A DNA stretch of 63,809 nt, filler included, from Stramenopiles sp. TOSAG23-3 (Eukaryota): assembly GCA_900128585.1 (NCBI GenBank). It is 11 parts of 11 records of this genome, joined end to end, with 100 filler letters (N's around TTAATTAATTAA, not from the genome) between each part and the next. Parts side by side here need not be neighbours in the genome. Positions count along the whole stretch, not along the records: positions 47,897 to 54,619 come from LT643266.1; positions 54,720 to 61,437 come from LT643267.1; positions 61,538 to 62,623 come from LT646520.1; positions 62,724 to 63,809 come from LT646521.1; 7 more parts are not named here. One strand, given 5' to 3'. The position numbers and the translations under genes are program-made. The notes below the pieces were generated by a model. It searched no databases. It was not told the origin of the DNA and saw nothing but the letters and a program-made list of their open reading frames with translations. Positions 52,969-63,809 of the stretch are shown in pieces. Position 1 is the stretch's first letter; the number at the start of each line of letters is the position of its first letter.

Positions 52969-54619
52969 CTACTCCCAGTCATCATCGTCCTCCTCCTCCT
53001 CGTCGTCGGAACTATTGATGGCCCTCCGAAGGTTCCCTATCGCCCCTTGCAACGCGCTAAATATGTCTCCTCCTTTGTTCACATCCTTTGGCTCGATCTC
53101 TTTCAGTTTTCTGTCCTTGGCTTTCTTCATGTTTCCTCTCTTGAACCCTGAAATCTGAGCGAGAAAGTTCTTCCCGGAACCACCACCACTGGGCTTACTC
53201 GGAGGCGCTATAACGCGACTTGATGCGCTCTTTAGTTTACCCTTTTTAAACCCTGCAATGTCCGACAAAAACCCGCCACCCTGAGCTGGACTTTTTACGC
53301 CGGGGGAAGGCGAGCCTTTGCTCGTTGAAGTCCGGCTTTTCCCGCTCTTCAGGCGCCCTTTCTGGAAGCTTGTAATTTCCGAAAGAAAGCCGCCGCCGCT
53401 ACCAGCGGCTCTTCCGGTCGCTTCGCTTCGGGAGGCGGCACGACTTGATGCAGTTTTCAATTTCCCTTTTTTGAACCCGGTAATCTCAGACAGAAACCCA
53501 CCCACCGCAGGAGGGGGGGAACCCTGGAATGCCCGACCGTGCTTTTCCCCAGGGGAAGATAACCTTTGCTCAGATTTTTTTTTCAAGCTGCCTTTTTGAA
53601 ACCCTGTGATTTCTGAAAGGAATCCGGTACCGGCTGCCGCAGTCTTTTGGGCGGGCGGAGAAACTTGCACTGCTGGTGCTTGAGTCTCCGTTGGCATAGG
53701 CCGAAAGAATTCATCGATTGCGCTGGCCGGTATCCCATCCCTCATCATCGCTCCCCGGATCGCACCATCTGGAATCTTCATACTTTTCATTTTCTTGTAC
53801 TTAACTAACTTTCCCGTCGACGTGCCCTCCAGTGCCGCCCCGCGCTGCTGAGGGGGTGTCTGCTGCTGCACTGCGTTGGGTGCCTTCGTGCGTGGTACAA
53901 TTACTGGGGCTGCCGCGCTCGTTGCAGCTGCCTGAAAGAATTCATCGATTGCGCTGGCCGATATCCCATCCCTCGTCATCGCTCCCCGGATCGCACCATC
54001 TGGAATCTTCATAATTTTCATTTTCCTGTACTTTCCAAACTTTTCGAACTTTTTATCAACACCTGTGGTCTCTTGTCCTCCGTCAGGCATTGCGGTTGCA
54101 CTAGCATTTTGTGTCACTACCAGTACTTTTACAGATGCGGCAGTGACTGACAACCTTGAACCCAGCGACTGCGTGTTTGTCTTACCCGCCCGGGATCCCT
54201 TCGCAGCATTTGCCCTGCGATGAGCAATGTTCGAAACTTGGTCCTCGGCTTCATCCCCTTTCGAAGGCTTTCCGTGCTGGTCGGTGCTTTTTAAATTTTG
54301 GGGGGCTTTGGGAGAGGATAAAAACATACCAATTTTCGTGTTGTCGCTCGGGCGGTCCCACTTAGTCTCGCCAGATTCAGCATTGTGGTAAAAGAAGCTC
54401 CCCGGGTTATCTGGCTCCTCCACTTCCTCCCACCCGTCTATCATCGGAAACAACACTTCCATGTAATCTGCTTGGACCAGACCGCGCTGTTTTTTTTCAA
54501 CGTCCAAAGCAATCCAAAACCCGTCCTTCTTGTCCTCATACAGCTCGACAATTGCCCCTTTCTGAAGCGCCAGCCCGCCGGCCCCGTCAGCCTCGTGGTC
54601 AAAGAGCATTCGCGCGAAC
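52969..54619 (-). CDS. SH3 + WW + 2 CCDC53-like helical repeats + 5 WH2 + CA protein (WASP/WASH-like Arp2/3 activator), 5'-truncated
   Basis: MLFDHEA...LALQKGAIV...GFW...GLVQADY (SH3); GWEEV...FFYHNAESGETKWDRP (WW); 2x KY.KM..MKIPDGAIRGAM.RDGI; 5x FL..I..F.KG.LK; IFSALQGAIGNLRRAI...DDDDWE. Confidence 0.82.
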
Positions 54620-54968
54620 NNNNNNNNNNNNNNNNNNNNNNNNNNNNNNNNNNNNNNNNNNNNTTAATTAATTAANNNNNNNNNNNNNNNNNNNNNNNNN
54701 NNNNNNNNNNNNNNNNNNNTTTTGTGTTGCTTGTTTTTTTGTTGTTTGTTATTATGATTATATAAAATAAACCGTTGCCACCTTTTAATAAAAATACTAC
54801 CGCACTTCTTTCTTCCTCTCCTTCTTCATTCCGATTTCACAGTGACACATTGCGTCAAGATAGAAAGTGTGCCGTGCGGAAGAAGGCGTAACGAAATACC
54901 TACCGGAATGGTAATCTGTTAACATTTCTCAATTTATTTGTTTTCACTTCAACACTGACTCGATCTAG

Positions 54969-56099
54969 ATGTCTTCCTTTCCAGCGCTCCAAAAGGGGGC
55001 CGCCATAACCAACAAACGAGCTGTGGATACGAGCGAGCAGGAGTATGAGCATGGTGCGAGGTCGACTTTTGGTAGCCGCCGACAACCTACAAAGGCAACA
55101 ACAGCGCAAGTCGAAAACGTCGAATGCGAAGTAACAGGCAGCTCAACAGCTGCAAGGAGCAGCGTCTCGCTCGACCCGAAGGATCCCGGGATCGAGCAAG
55201 CAATCAAGCGACTGGAGGGAAAGTCGTTCATCAAAGATTGTATCATCCCCGAGATCCAGTGTCTACTCAGAGTCTCAGACCAAAAAGCAAAGCATGCCTA
55301 CCTCCAGGCCCTTTCCCAGTACGGGCTTGTATGCATGCTGATCCTCGCATCGTTGCTTGGATCCGCTCTGAACCCGTTAGATCCCGGAAGCTATCCCGAA
55401 GCAAACCCTGGTCTTGTCGCGGCGTTCAACATGCTATCCATGATCATTTGCTGCGCTTGTCTGTTCGGGACGTGCATCTTTCTGCTCGAGGGGATCATCA
55501 TGGAAGGCACCCCGGAACATCGCGTGCATGGTATTATTGCGAGAGCAGACCCGCTGTTCCACTTCGGAACTTCCATGGCGGCGGTTGGGATCCAGTGCCC
55601 TTTACCTTTAATTTTGATTCGTGCGTGGATTTCTGGGTTGGACGTATTTCAATGCATTGTGTTGACCGTGATCTGTGCTGGAATATATACAAGAATGAGC
55701 TTTGTCTACTTCAGACATTTGCAAACAAACTGGCCTGTGGAGGCTCAGCGGTGGACAAAGATGTTTTTTCCCTGTTTGTATCGGCCGGAGCGGAGTCATG
55801 CCGCGATCGACGAGTTGGTTGCGGAATTGCGGTATTTACAACAGCCCAGGGAGAAGACGCTACGTGTTTCGCAGCTTGGTGAGTGTCTGGAGAAATACTT
55901 TGGGGTGGAAAGCGGTGTCGATGAGGGGGGTTGGGACCTGGCGGCGTTCCTGCAGCTCGTCGAACGCGAGGCGGGTGGGAGACTCGCGCCAAACGCAGAA
56001 AGACTCGCAAAAAAAGCTTTTGAAAAGACGGTTGAGGCCAAGCTTGAGAAGCTCGCCGATGAGGCGGTGGTTCTTGCCTTGACAAAGAACAATCTTTGA
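54969..56099 (+). CDS. Uncharacterised 4-TM membrane protein
   Basis: 376-aa ORF with four hydrophobic segments. Confidence 0.7.
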   Translation: MSSFPALQKGAAITNKRAVDTSEQEYEHGARSTFGSRRQPTKATTAQVENVECEVTGSSTAARSSVSLDPKDPGIEQAIKRLEGKSFIKDCIIPEIQCLLRVSDQKAKHAYLQALSQYGLVCMLILASLLGSALNPLDPGSYPEANPGLVAAFNMLSMIICCACLFGTCIFLLEGIIMEGTPEHRVHGIIARADPLFHFGTSMAAVGIQCPLPLILIRAWISGLDVFQCIVLTVICAGIYTRMSFVYFRHLQTNWPVEAQRWTKMFFPCLYRPERSHAAIDELVAELRYLQQPREKTLRVSQLGECLEKYFGVESGVDEGGWDLAAFLQLVEREAGGRLAPNAERLAKKAFEKTVEAKLEKLADEAVVLALTKNNL

Positions 56100-56871
56100 C
56101 TGGGTACAATCTTTGCGTAAGTATTTCTTTCGTGTACGGCGTCCGTCGTCGGCACACCAACACAGCGGTTTCTTCGTGCCTGAAAGAGAAATTCAATGTT
56201 CTTATTCGGTTGCCATGTAACACCCGAACCGAAAGTATATGAAAAGAAATAGTATAGACTCTAGAAATACAAGAATTTCCATACAAGCAAAACCATTTAA
56301 ATTTTCTTGCTTAGTTCCAACTTAATACATAGTCTCGTATTGCCACAAATGCCAACAGCACCCTAATAAATAAATAACAAAAACAACTTTTCGCGGAAGA
56401 AAATCTCAAAATACAAACCACACACCATATAATATCTATTATTTAAATAAAGATCCTAATACGGTAAAATATAGATATTCTTCTACTTTTTGAAGATTGA
56501 TAATATTATAATGCTGTGTTTATGCACTTTTTTATGCAAAAAACAAGAAGCGAAAATCATTCTAATAATATTTATAAAAATAAATAATAATAAAATACAA
56601 CGCATTTATTTATTTTTAACATAGACACAATATAGGGAAAACATAAAAGAACTTCGTCGTGTAGGAATTTTTTTAATNNNNNNNNNNNNNNNNNNNNNNN
56701 NNNNNNNNNNNNNNNNNNNNNNNNNNNNNNNNNNNNNNNNNNNNNNNNNNNNNNNNNATGAAAACGTTTATTGTCTTTTGCGATCAGATTGGATTATTCT
56801 TCAATTCGCACCATTTTACTTTTCGCTAAAGCCAACACGTGTGCCAGCAAACTACCTTTTTTTTTAATAAG

Positions 56872-58137
56872 ATGAGCAAGATTACGACCAGCAGTGTGGC
56901 TGCAGGGGACGTCGTGGACGTTCCGCTCCTAAAGCTTGAAAGCTCTGGGATGATGATGATGGGGAAGGGGATCACCACCATGCAGTTCTACAAAGGGGAT
57001 TCTCAAGAGGCTGTTCAATTTTTGAAAGAGCGCTTACAGCTAGTGGCGGAGCAAAACCCATGGATCTGTGCGACGATTGTGAAGGGTACCGGCGGCCTAA
57101 AAGCACTTCGGTACCCGAAGGCCGTTTCGATAGACCAGATCTTTGCACAGGACGATACGCTTGTGCTGACCCAGGAGATACCGTACCAGGAGCTCGTCCA
57201 GCGGGTGGGTAAGTCCAGTGCACACGTGCCCAGCGGAAGCACAATCATGAAGACAAAGTGCCCGGTGACAAAGTGCACCGTTGCAAAGACCGGCTCGAGC
57301 GACGGCTTTGTGGTGCTCTTTTCCATTTCTCACGTCATCGCGGACGGGTTTACGTACTACTCCATTTTGGACATGATCTTTGAGGGCGCTGAAATCTTCC
57401 CCATGGATCCCGTGCGAAACGAGGCTTACAGAGAGAAACTGCCGGACGTGATCGGGAAAAAAGATGAAAAATGGATGACGAAACCGGGCTGCGGCCAAAT
57501 CTGCAACTTTCTTGGCATCATGTGTTGCGGGAGGAAAAACATGCCAGTCTACTGCTACACGGTGGATCCTGAAAAGCTTAAGGCGGAGAAGGAAAAGGCC
57601 AAGACAGCCCCAGGTGCCCCAGAGTTCGTGTCCACCAACGATATCCTGACATCTGGGTTCGGCCGAGCCACTCAAACGCGCCTTCTGACCATGGCCATGG
57701 ACTTTCGTGGCCGTATCGATGGACTCACCAAACAGACAGCGGGGTGTTACCATGCAGGCCTGCTGTTCGGTCCGGAATGCTACGAGTCCGCCGGTTCCAT
57801 AAGAAAAGCGTTGACAGGCCCAGCCCCGCTCTCTCGGGCTGGGAAACTGCCAGGGTGCTGCGGCGCTACAAAGGGAAACTGGACAGCGATGATTTCAAAC
57901 TGGTCCAGTGCATCGAAAGGCAATTACTCCATTCCCAACTGCGAACACTTGCTGCATATTCCATACGTTCAGACAAAGGACATGCCCGTGGATTTTTGCA
58001 TCGTGTTCAAGGCTCGCAAGGATGAAGTCGCTGTGATGCTCGGGCTGCAGTACGGACAATTCGCTGACTTGAAAGCCGAGCTTCCAATTGACAAGCCAAT
58101 ATCTGCTAATATGTTCGTTGAAGGACCTCCTTCGTGA
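56872..58137 (+). CDS. CoA-dependent acyltransferase superfamily protein (HxxxDG)
   Basis: LKERLQLVAEQNPWIC, FSISHVIADGFTYY, FVSTNDILTS, AMDFRGR. Confidence 0.78.
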   Translation: MSKITTSSVAAGDVVDVPLLKLESSGMMMMGKGITTMQFYKGDSQEAVQFLKERLQLVAEQNPWICATIVKGTGGLKALRYPKAVSIDQIFAQDDTLVLTQEIPYQELVQRVGKSSAHVPSGSTIMKTKCPVTKCTVAKTGSSDGFVVLFSISHVIADGFTYYSILDMIFEGAEIFPMDPVRNEAYREKLPDVIGKKDEKWMTKPGCGQICNFLGIMCCGRKNMPVYCYTVDPEKLKAEKEKAKTAPGAPEFVSTNDILTSGFGRATQTRLLTMAMDFRGRIDGLTKQTAGCYHAGLLFGPECYESAGSIRKALTGPAPLSRAGKLPGCCGATKGNWTAMISNWSSASKGNYSIPNCEHLLHIPYVQTKDMPVDFCIVFKARKDEVAVMLGLQYGQFADLKAELPIDKPISANMFVEGPPS

Positions 58138-59103
58138 TGAAGGGGTATGCAAAGTGTAAAAACGATACTACAAATTCGTACGTGAAAAAATACGTAGCGA
58201 TGAGGGTGGTGTGCAGTTGTATCAAAAAAAATAACCTGACAAGGTGTATTTCGTACCTCGTAATAAACGACTTTAAAAATATACGAGCTCGTATACTTCT
58301 AGTTAAGAAGAAGAGGAGATGGTATTACAATAGAAGAAGAACAAAACAAAAAATATAATAAAAAATTAAAAAAATTTATTATTTAATAAAAAAAACAAGA
58401 GTTCGTGTGCGGTGCTGCGTCCAGCCTAAGTGGTAATTAACATAGACACAGCAATGGTATAATGGAGAGAGACGAAACATTGCGAGTGCAAGTATCTTTG
58501 GCGCGGAATGGAAAAATGGTACACGACTTTGTGTTAACTATTTCAAACGAAGAGATCTTTATGAAAAAAAGATAATTTTTACAATTTGAATCTGTCAAAT
58601 ATCTTTTCAAATACACGAAATTATGCGCCTACGAGCCGTTTTTTCTGACCCTGCAAAGAAACAAGTGTTCATGCCGGCGGCGTTTGGTCAAAATCGTCCA
58701 TTTCACAAGAAATTGTCCCTTGGAACCGTAATTCCAAGTCATTACAGGGCAAACAATTTATAAACGTTTGTTGAAGGTCGAACATTGTGGGCGGAACATT
58801 TTCCTGGTCTAAACTTATTCAGTTAGGCGTCCTCCTCCCTTTCTTTTGTCATTTAATGAGCGAACACTTTCATACTTTAAAATTCGAGTCGGATTTTTTT
58901 TCGCGCCAAGGACACTCAACACTTTATTAAACAGGTGTCTACTATGGCATTTGACTTAAAGAAAAACAGCGACGGTCGTGTTTTTCTTTCTTCACAAAAA
59001 TGGTACTAAATACATAGGAATAGCATTAACACCGAATGCCAGGGATCTATATACAATACAAAAAAATACTGCGTACAACTTCTAATACTAGAACGACTAG
59101 TTT

Positions 59104-61088
59104 CTACTCCTCGTCTGCTGCGTCCCCCGGCCTCCGGTTTAACCTCTTGTGACGATGTCGCTCGTCGTCGCTGTCCCCCTCGAGCCGGTTTGCATCGGGA
59201 CCTTGCTTTGCAAAATACTCCTGAGCCATGACCACCCGTTTTCTATCCCCCATCTTCAGCCCGAGTTCGCGCATGTCGTCCTGTGTCAGTGCCAGGAACA
59301 CCTGAAAGTCAATGCCTTCCTCTTCGAAACCAGTTCGAACTTTTCTTGAAGCGTGCGAATTCCGGAGCGAGCGTTGTTCCGCCCACGTTTTGCAGTCTTC
59401 TTCGTTCTTTCCCGTTCTTCCACCTTCGCGGGTCGTTCGGAGTCGCTTTTGTTGCTCTCGCTGGCACCTTTGCCCCCGCTTCTCCGTGGCCCGCGTCCCA
59501 CCGGACCGCTGGCGGCGGTTTGTTGCTGCGGGGGAACAGCCGATGGCTGCACCCCCCATCCCGCATTCGAGTACGTGACGCCAGGGTTGCCGAAGTACGG
59601 CACGTTTGCCGTTGCAAAAGGGTAGTGCTGCGATTGCTGGCCCTGGTGCTGGACGACCTGCTGAGGGTATGCATACATTTGAGGGTGAAACTGGTGGTGC
59701 GCCCTAGGGTGCGGGTGCTGCTGAGCCATCGCCGCTGTACCGGGGGAGGCGTACGTGTAAAATCCCGCCGCCCCGGGGCCCTGCGGCGGGGGGGACTGGA
59801 GGCCGAAGGGCTGGTTCATTGCCATGAAATTGACGTTCGTCCCGGGTGCTGCCCCCCCCTCCGCGGTGGTGGCGGCGACAAAGTTGGCCGCGTTCGCCCC
59901 CTGGCGGTACATCAACTGCTGCTGCTGCTGCCAATCGTACGGGTCGTAACCTTGGTAGTTCAAATTGTACGGCTGGTAATTGTACGCGGCGCCGCCACCG
60001 TCTTTCTTCTGCTTCCCCCCGCGATTACCTTGGAGGTCTCTGCGATTTGGTCGTTTTTTCGTAATGCTGGACGAGCTCGGACCTGCCTGCCTGCCCTCAC
60101 CGTCCGCTTCGCCTGCATTGTCTGCGTTGGACTTTTTTTTAGGGTTGTTCTCCGAAGGTGCCTCTGCGCTCTTTCTGTGCTTCGAGAGGAGGCCCTTCTT
60201 GTTGCTGCTCCCGCTGTCCGGGACGTCCCGTTGCCTCTTTTGCCTTCGCTTGTCCTTTTGCGGCTCGGCAATGCTAACTTTTACCGGCACAGAACCGACC
60301 ATGTCCTCGTTCTCCACGACGGTCCGAACAGCCTTCGATGCCGAATCCACGCTAATATATTTTACAAATGCCATTCCCTTCGGCTTTCCGCTCTTGTACA
60401 GTAGTTTCACGTACTCCAATTGCCCAAATTCAGAGAAGCGGCTCTTTATGAAGTCTTCCGTGAGCAGCTCGGCGGGGCCCTGGATGAACAATCGAGACTC
60501 CCAGTCTGCAACGCTATTCCCACTCCCGCCGCCGTCCGTCTCATGCACAGCCGTGTCCTGGTCATCGTCCTGGTCCCGAAGGTGCCTTGGTCCGGACGAG
60601 CCCTCGCCCTCCAGTACGTCGGACTGGTCCACACGTGCTTTTCCAGCACTCTGGTCCACAGCTGGAGTGCTCTGTTCCCCTGCCGGGGTGGACGCCGCCT
60701 TCGCCACTGCGGAAGACGAGGACTCGCTAAGAGTGAGACCGTCCAGCTGATCCAACGGTTCAACGTCCGGCGGCGGGACTTTCGAGTCCTCGGCGTCGTC
60801 GTCTGTCCTGATCTCTTCACCCTCACCCTCTCGATTTTCTTCTGCCGCTACATTCTGGCGCTTTTCCAGTGCACTACCTGCCTCATCCTCTTTGGCCTCC
60901 ACCCGCCCTTGTTCGCCAGTGCCAGGCTCGCCACTAGCGCCCTTTGACGTTTTCCTCGCCGCACCGGCATTCTTCCCACCACCACTCTCCCGCTTCGAGA
61001 CAACCATTTTTCTCCCCCGTTTCCGTGCCCCGTCCCCCCCGCCGCCGCTACTGGAAGTTTCACTTCGCTTCTTCTTTGCCCCAGACAT
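59104..61088 (-). CDS. RRM + Q/P/Y-rich low-complexity + SAM domain RNA-binding protein, with apparent frameshift near 59328
   Basis: RRM (RLFIQG...FSEFGQLEYVKL...KGMAFVKY); SAM (FEEEGIDFQVFLALTQDDMRELGLKMGDRKRV) is in a different frame ending at TAG 59104. Confidence 0.72.
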
Positions 61089-61537
61089 GTTCGCAACCCC
61101 AAACCTATCGTAAGAAATTGGACCGGGACAAACGCACGTTATAATCTATATAAAAGTGGGACGAACAACAGTCGTTTAAAATGTACTCATAAATTCAAAT
61201 ATGAGATGTATTATTGTTACTTTCGAATTTTGTTGATGTTGCATTTGACACATGATGATAAATGAATTATCATAATTTATTTTTTATTATACCAAAAGAA
61301 GAAGAATAAAATATAATATTTTTTTAGTAGAGACGACGGACGACGACGACAACTTCTTTCCTTATTTTTTTTGTTTTTGTTGCTGCTATGCTATGTTTTG
61401 TATAATATTAGGTAATGCGATCGAGGACGACTAAAAANNNNNNNNNNNNNNNNNNNNNNNNNNNNNNNNNNNNNNNNNNNNTTAATTAATTAANNNNNNN
61501 NNNNNNNNNNNNNNNNNNNNNNNNNNNNNNNNNNNNN

Positions 61538-62231
61538 GTGCGTCTTGAACTACAGCATTCGAGTGGGTGTCATTCTTCTCGCCGGTGTCGTTTGTGCTAT
61601 TCCCGGAGGAAAGAGCACGGCTGGCACTGGAAGATCCGTGCGCTGTGCCATAATAACTATAGAATTGATCAGCAACCACATCGATTCGTTTCAAAAGCCA
61701 GCCCGCCTTTCCTTGAATCGCATGGGTAAAATGTTGCATCAAGTTATAAAATTTTGAAAAATTAGGGAATTCTGCAGAAACGCCAGCAATGTGCGGCCTT
61801 TGCGCCGTGAAGCTTTTCTTCAGCCATGCCATCGCGGACGCATAAGACAGGCCGCGGAAGAGCATTAAAAACGCCAACAAGACGTTCGGTGACCTGCTCC
61901 TTCCATTTTCACAACACACTACGATTGTATTCACACCTGAATCCTTCAGCTTGCAGTGTATTACTGTGGAAAAATCGATCAAAATATCGCAAAATTGTCT
62001 TACACTCCCTGGTGCAATAAAACTGTCATGTTCAAACCCCTTTGAATGTTTTACACACTCTAGTGCCACTCTAACATCCAACACAAAATACCCGAGTCCC
62101 ACAAACTTTTCTCTCCAGCGTCTACTCAGCGCATTTTTCTGATTAGTGCAAATAATACGTTTGCCCGTCCGAAAATCAAACAAACTAGCAAATTCATGTT
62201 CTGGTTCTCCTACTGCACGGAACTTTGACAT
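61538..62231 (-). CDS. Dual-specificity/PTP-like phosphatase domain protein, 3'-truncated
   Basis: IVVCCENGRSRSPNVLLAFLM (CX5R), LSYASAMAWL, QRP...PN..F. Confidence 0.75.
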
Positions 62232-62549
62232 TTTCACGCACTGATAATATGCACTTGAGATATCCGAACGATTTCTAACTAACTATACAACGCCTGAACA
62301 AACCCCAAAGCTTGAGCACAGGTCCCTTCTCCAAATAAATCTCGCGTTGTCTGTCGTGCTGTCGTATTATTTGCTTCCACTGTAAATATCGTTTTCCAAA
62401 CTACCATTCATAAAATCACGCTGTACGATGTGAACATTTACCGACGATGAAAGAACTTTTCTGACTACACAAATGAAACTGCTGTTTTGATTTTATTTTT
62501 TATCTTGACTATATATATTAAAGCATCTGTCGCTTGAGTTGTTTGTTGT

Positions 62550-62621
<72 letters not shown>

Positions 62622-62723
62622 TCNNNNNNNNNNNNNNNNNNNNNNNNNNNNNNNNNNNNNNNNNNNNTTAATTAATTAANNNNNNNNNNNNNNNNNNNNN
62701 NNNNNNNNNNNNNNNNNNNNNNN

Positions 62724-63643
62724 GTCTGTTCTAATAAGAGACGATATACAGCGGTAAGCGAGTTGCCCCTCCCATTTTGATTTGGGCTTACACCGGATTT
62801 TGTTGTAACCTTTTCAGGACAATACGCATATAAAAACAAGAATTTTCGCTTTCTATCTCTAGAGTTTTGATCAGCTAATTTCATATTATGTATAGGATTC
62901 GACGGGCAAACCTTCAACACTAGTGCTACGTTTCCGTAATTCTCTTCATCGCATTGGACAACGAGCAAGCGTCCTGATACAGTTCCAATAAGCAAAAACG
63001 GGTTTCCTCTGCATGATCGCCAGAATTGAACACAGAGTCTTCCTGGGCCTTTTCTTAAAAGCAACCGAGAATTTTCTCTGGTTTCGCTCTGGAATTCTGC
63101 AAAACTATCCTCCGGCGTTGCCCGTGCATAACTCTCTAGCAACTCCCCCTTTCGGCTGGGTACGTTTGGCCTCGTTGAACAAAATCCGTCACCAATTGAG
63201 CCTTGGTACATGTGTGTACGTGTATGCTGTATTCCAACAGAAGGCATTGATTTTATTATTAGTGCTAAAGCCGGGATTGAATACACAGACCCATTCTTAC
63301 AAAGTATAAATAATGCTCTCCCATTTTCATTAAAAGCCAAAGAGGTGATATCAAAATTTTCAGAAGCGTTTCGTTCTCTCCCTTTTACCGTGCTGTTTTT
63401 TCCTGACCTTTCACATTTACGAGATATCCAAGGCAGAAAACGCACTACCGGTAGGACTTTGACACTATTTGAATAATCCCCCGGGACCCCAGAATAGCGC
63501 AACACAACAAATCCATTACTGCACGCAGCAGCGACAAAGCTAAAATGCTCCGCCTGACAAAAAGTGGACGTCACAAAATGAACTGATTCGGACTGTCGTT
63601 CTTGTATTGACAAAATTCTACAAAAAGTATAAATTTCTTCCAT
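62724..63643 (-). CDS. Beta-propeller (WD40-like) protein fragment, 3'-truncated
   Basis: ITSLAFNENGRALFILCKNGSVYSI, LLIGTVSGRLLVV; runs into the spacer. Confidence 0.5.
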
Positions 63644-63809
63644 TGTGAGTACGGGGACTCTCCAGTCACAGAATCTATGTCAGCACACGACAATTAATTC
63701 TGGGCATTTTCTGCTACAAACAAACAACGCTAGAAAATAGGAGAATTGACTTTTATTTCATTGTCATCCATATGTCACAATTTCCACTGTTCTACTGAAC
63801 GAAGGTCTT

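Noticed and set aside
62231-62411. In-frame TAA/TAG upstream of the phosphatase gene suggesting stop-codon reassignment
   Set aside because: TAA, TAG and TGA all terminate conserved genes at expected positions elsewhere; only the deiodinase UGA has recoding support

Overview
Eukaryotic, not prokaryotic, DNA. The window is an artificial concatenation of 11 unlinked contigs (nine of about 6.72-6.75 kb in descending length, then two of 1086 bp) joined by 100-nt N44-TTAATTAATTAA-N44 spacers, so gene neighbourhoods mean something only within a contig. The genome is compact and intron-poor, with GC-rich CDSs and short AT-rich, GAA/TTC-microsatellite-rich intergenic DNA. RABL2 points to a flagellated protist; a marine stramenopile such as a MAST lineage is my inference only. 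About 34 genes are visible, including Ku80, a C12orf56 homolog, a PQ-loop transporter, a ChAPs/exomer subunit, an NTPDase, phospholipase B-like, an aftiphilin-like protein, EthA-type BVMO, TatD, VAMP7, REV3, a DHHC PAT and RABL2. Highlights: (1) a hidden iodothyronine-deiodinase-like selenoprotein, split in the ORF track by an in-frame UGA, with a canonical SECIS in its 3' UTR; (2) a near-canonical ubiquitin embedded inside a DUF4139-type protein and followed by Pro; (3) a histone H3-like variant lacking the alphaN helix; (4) an SH3-WW-2xCCDC53-like-5xWH2-CA candidate actin nucleation-promoting factor; (5) a conserved 30-50 bp non-coding element (AAAAACAAGAAAATTGGCTGTTATTTAAG) recurring in 3'/convergent intergenic regions of unlinked contigs; (6) two introns and several apparent single-base frameshifts. 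All family calls come from motif recognition by eye, not database searches.
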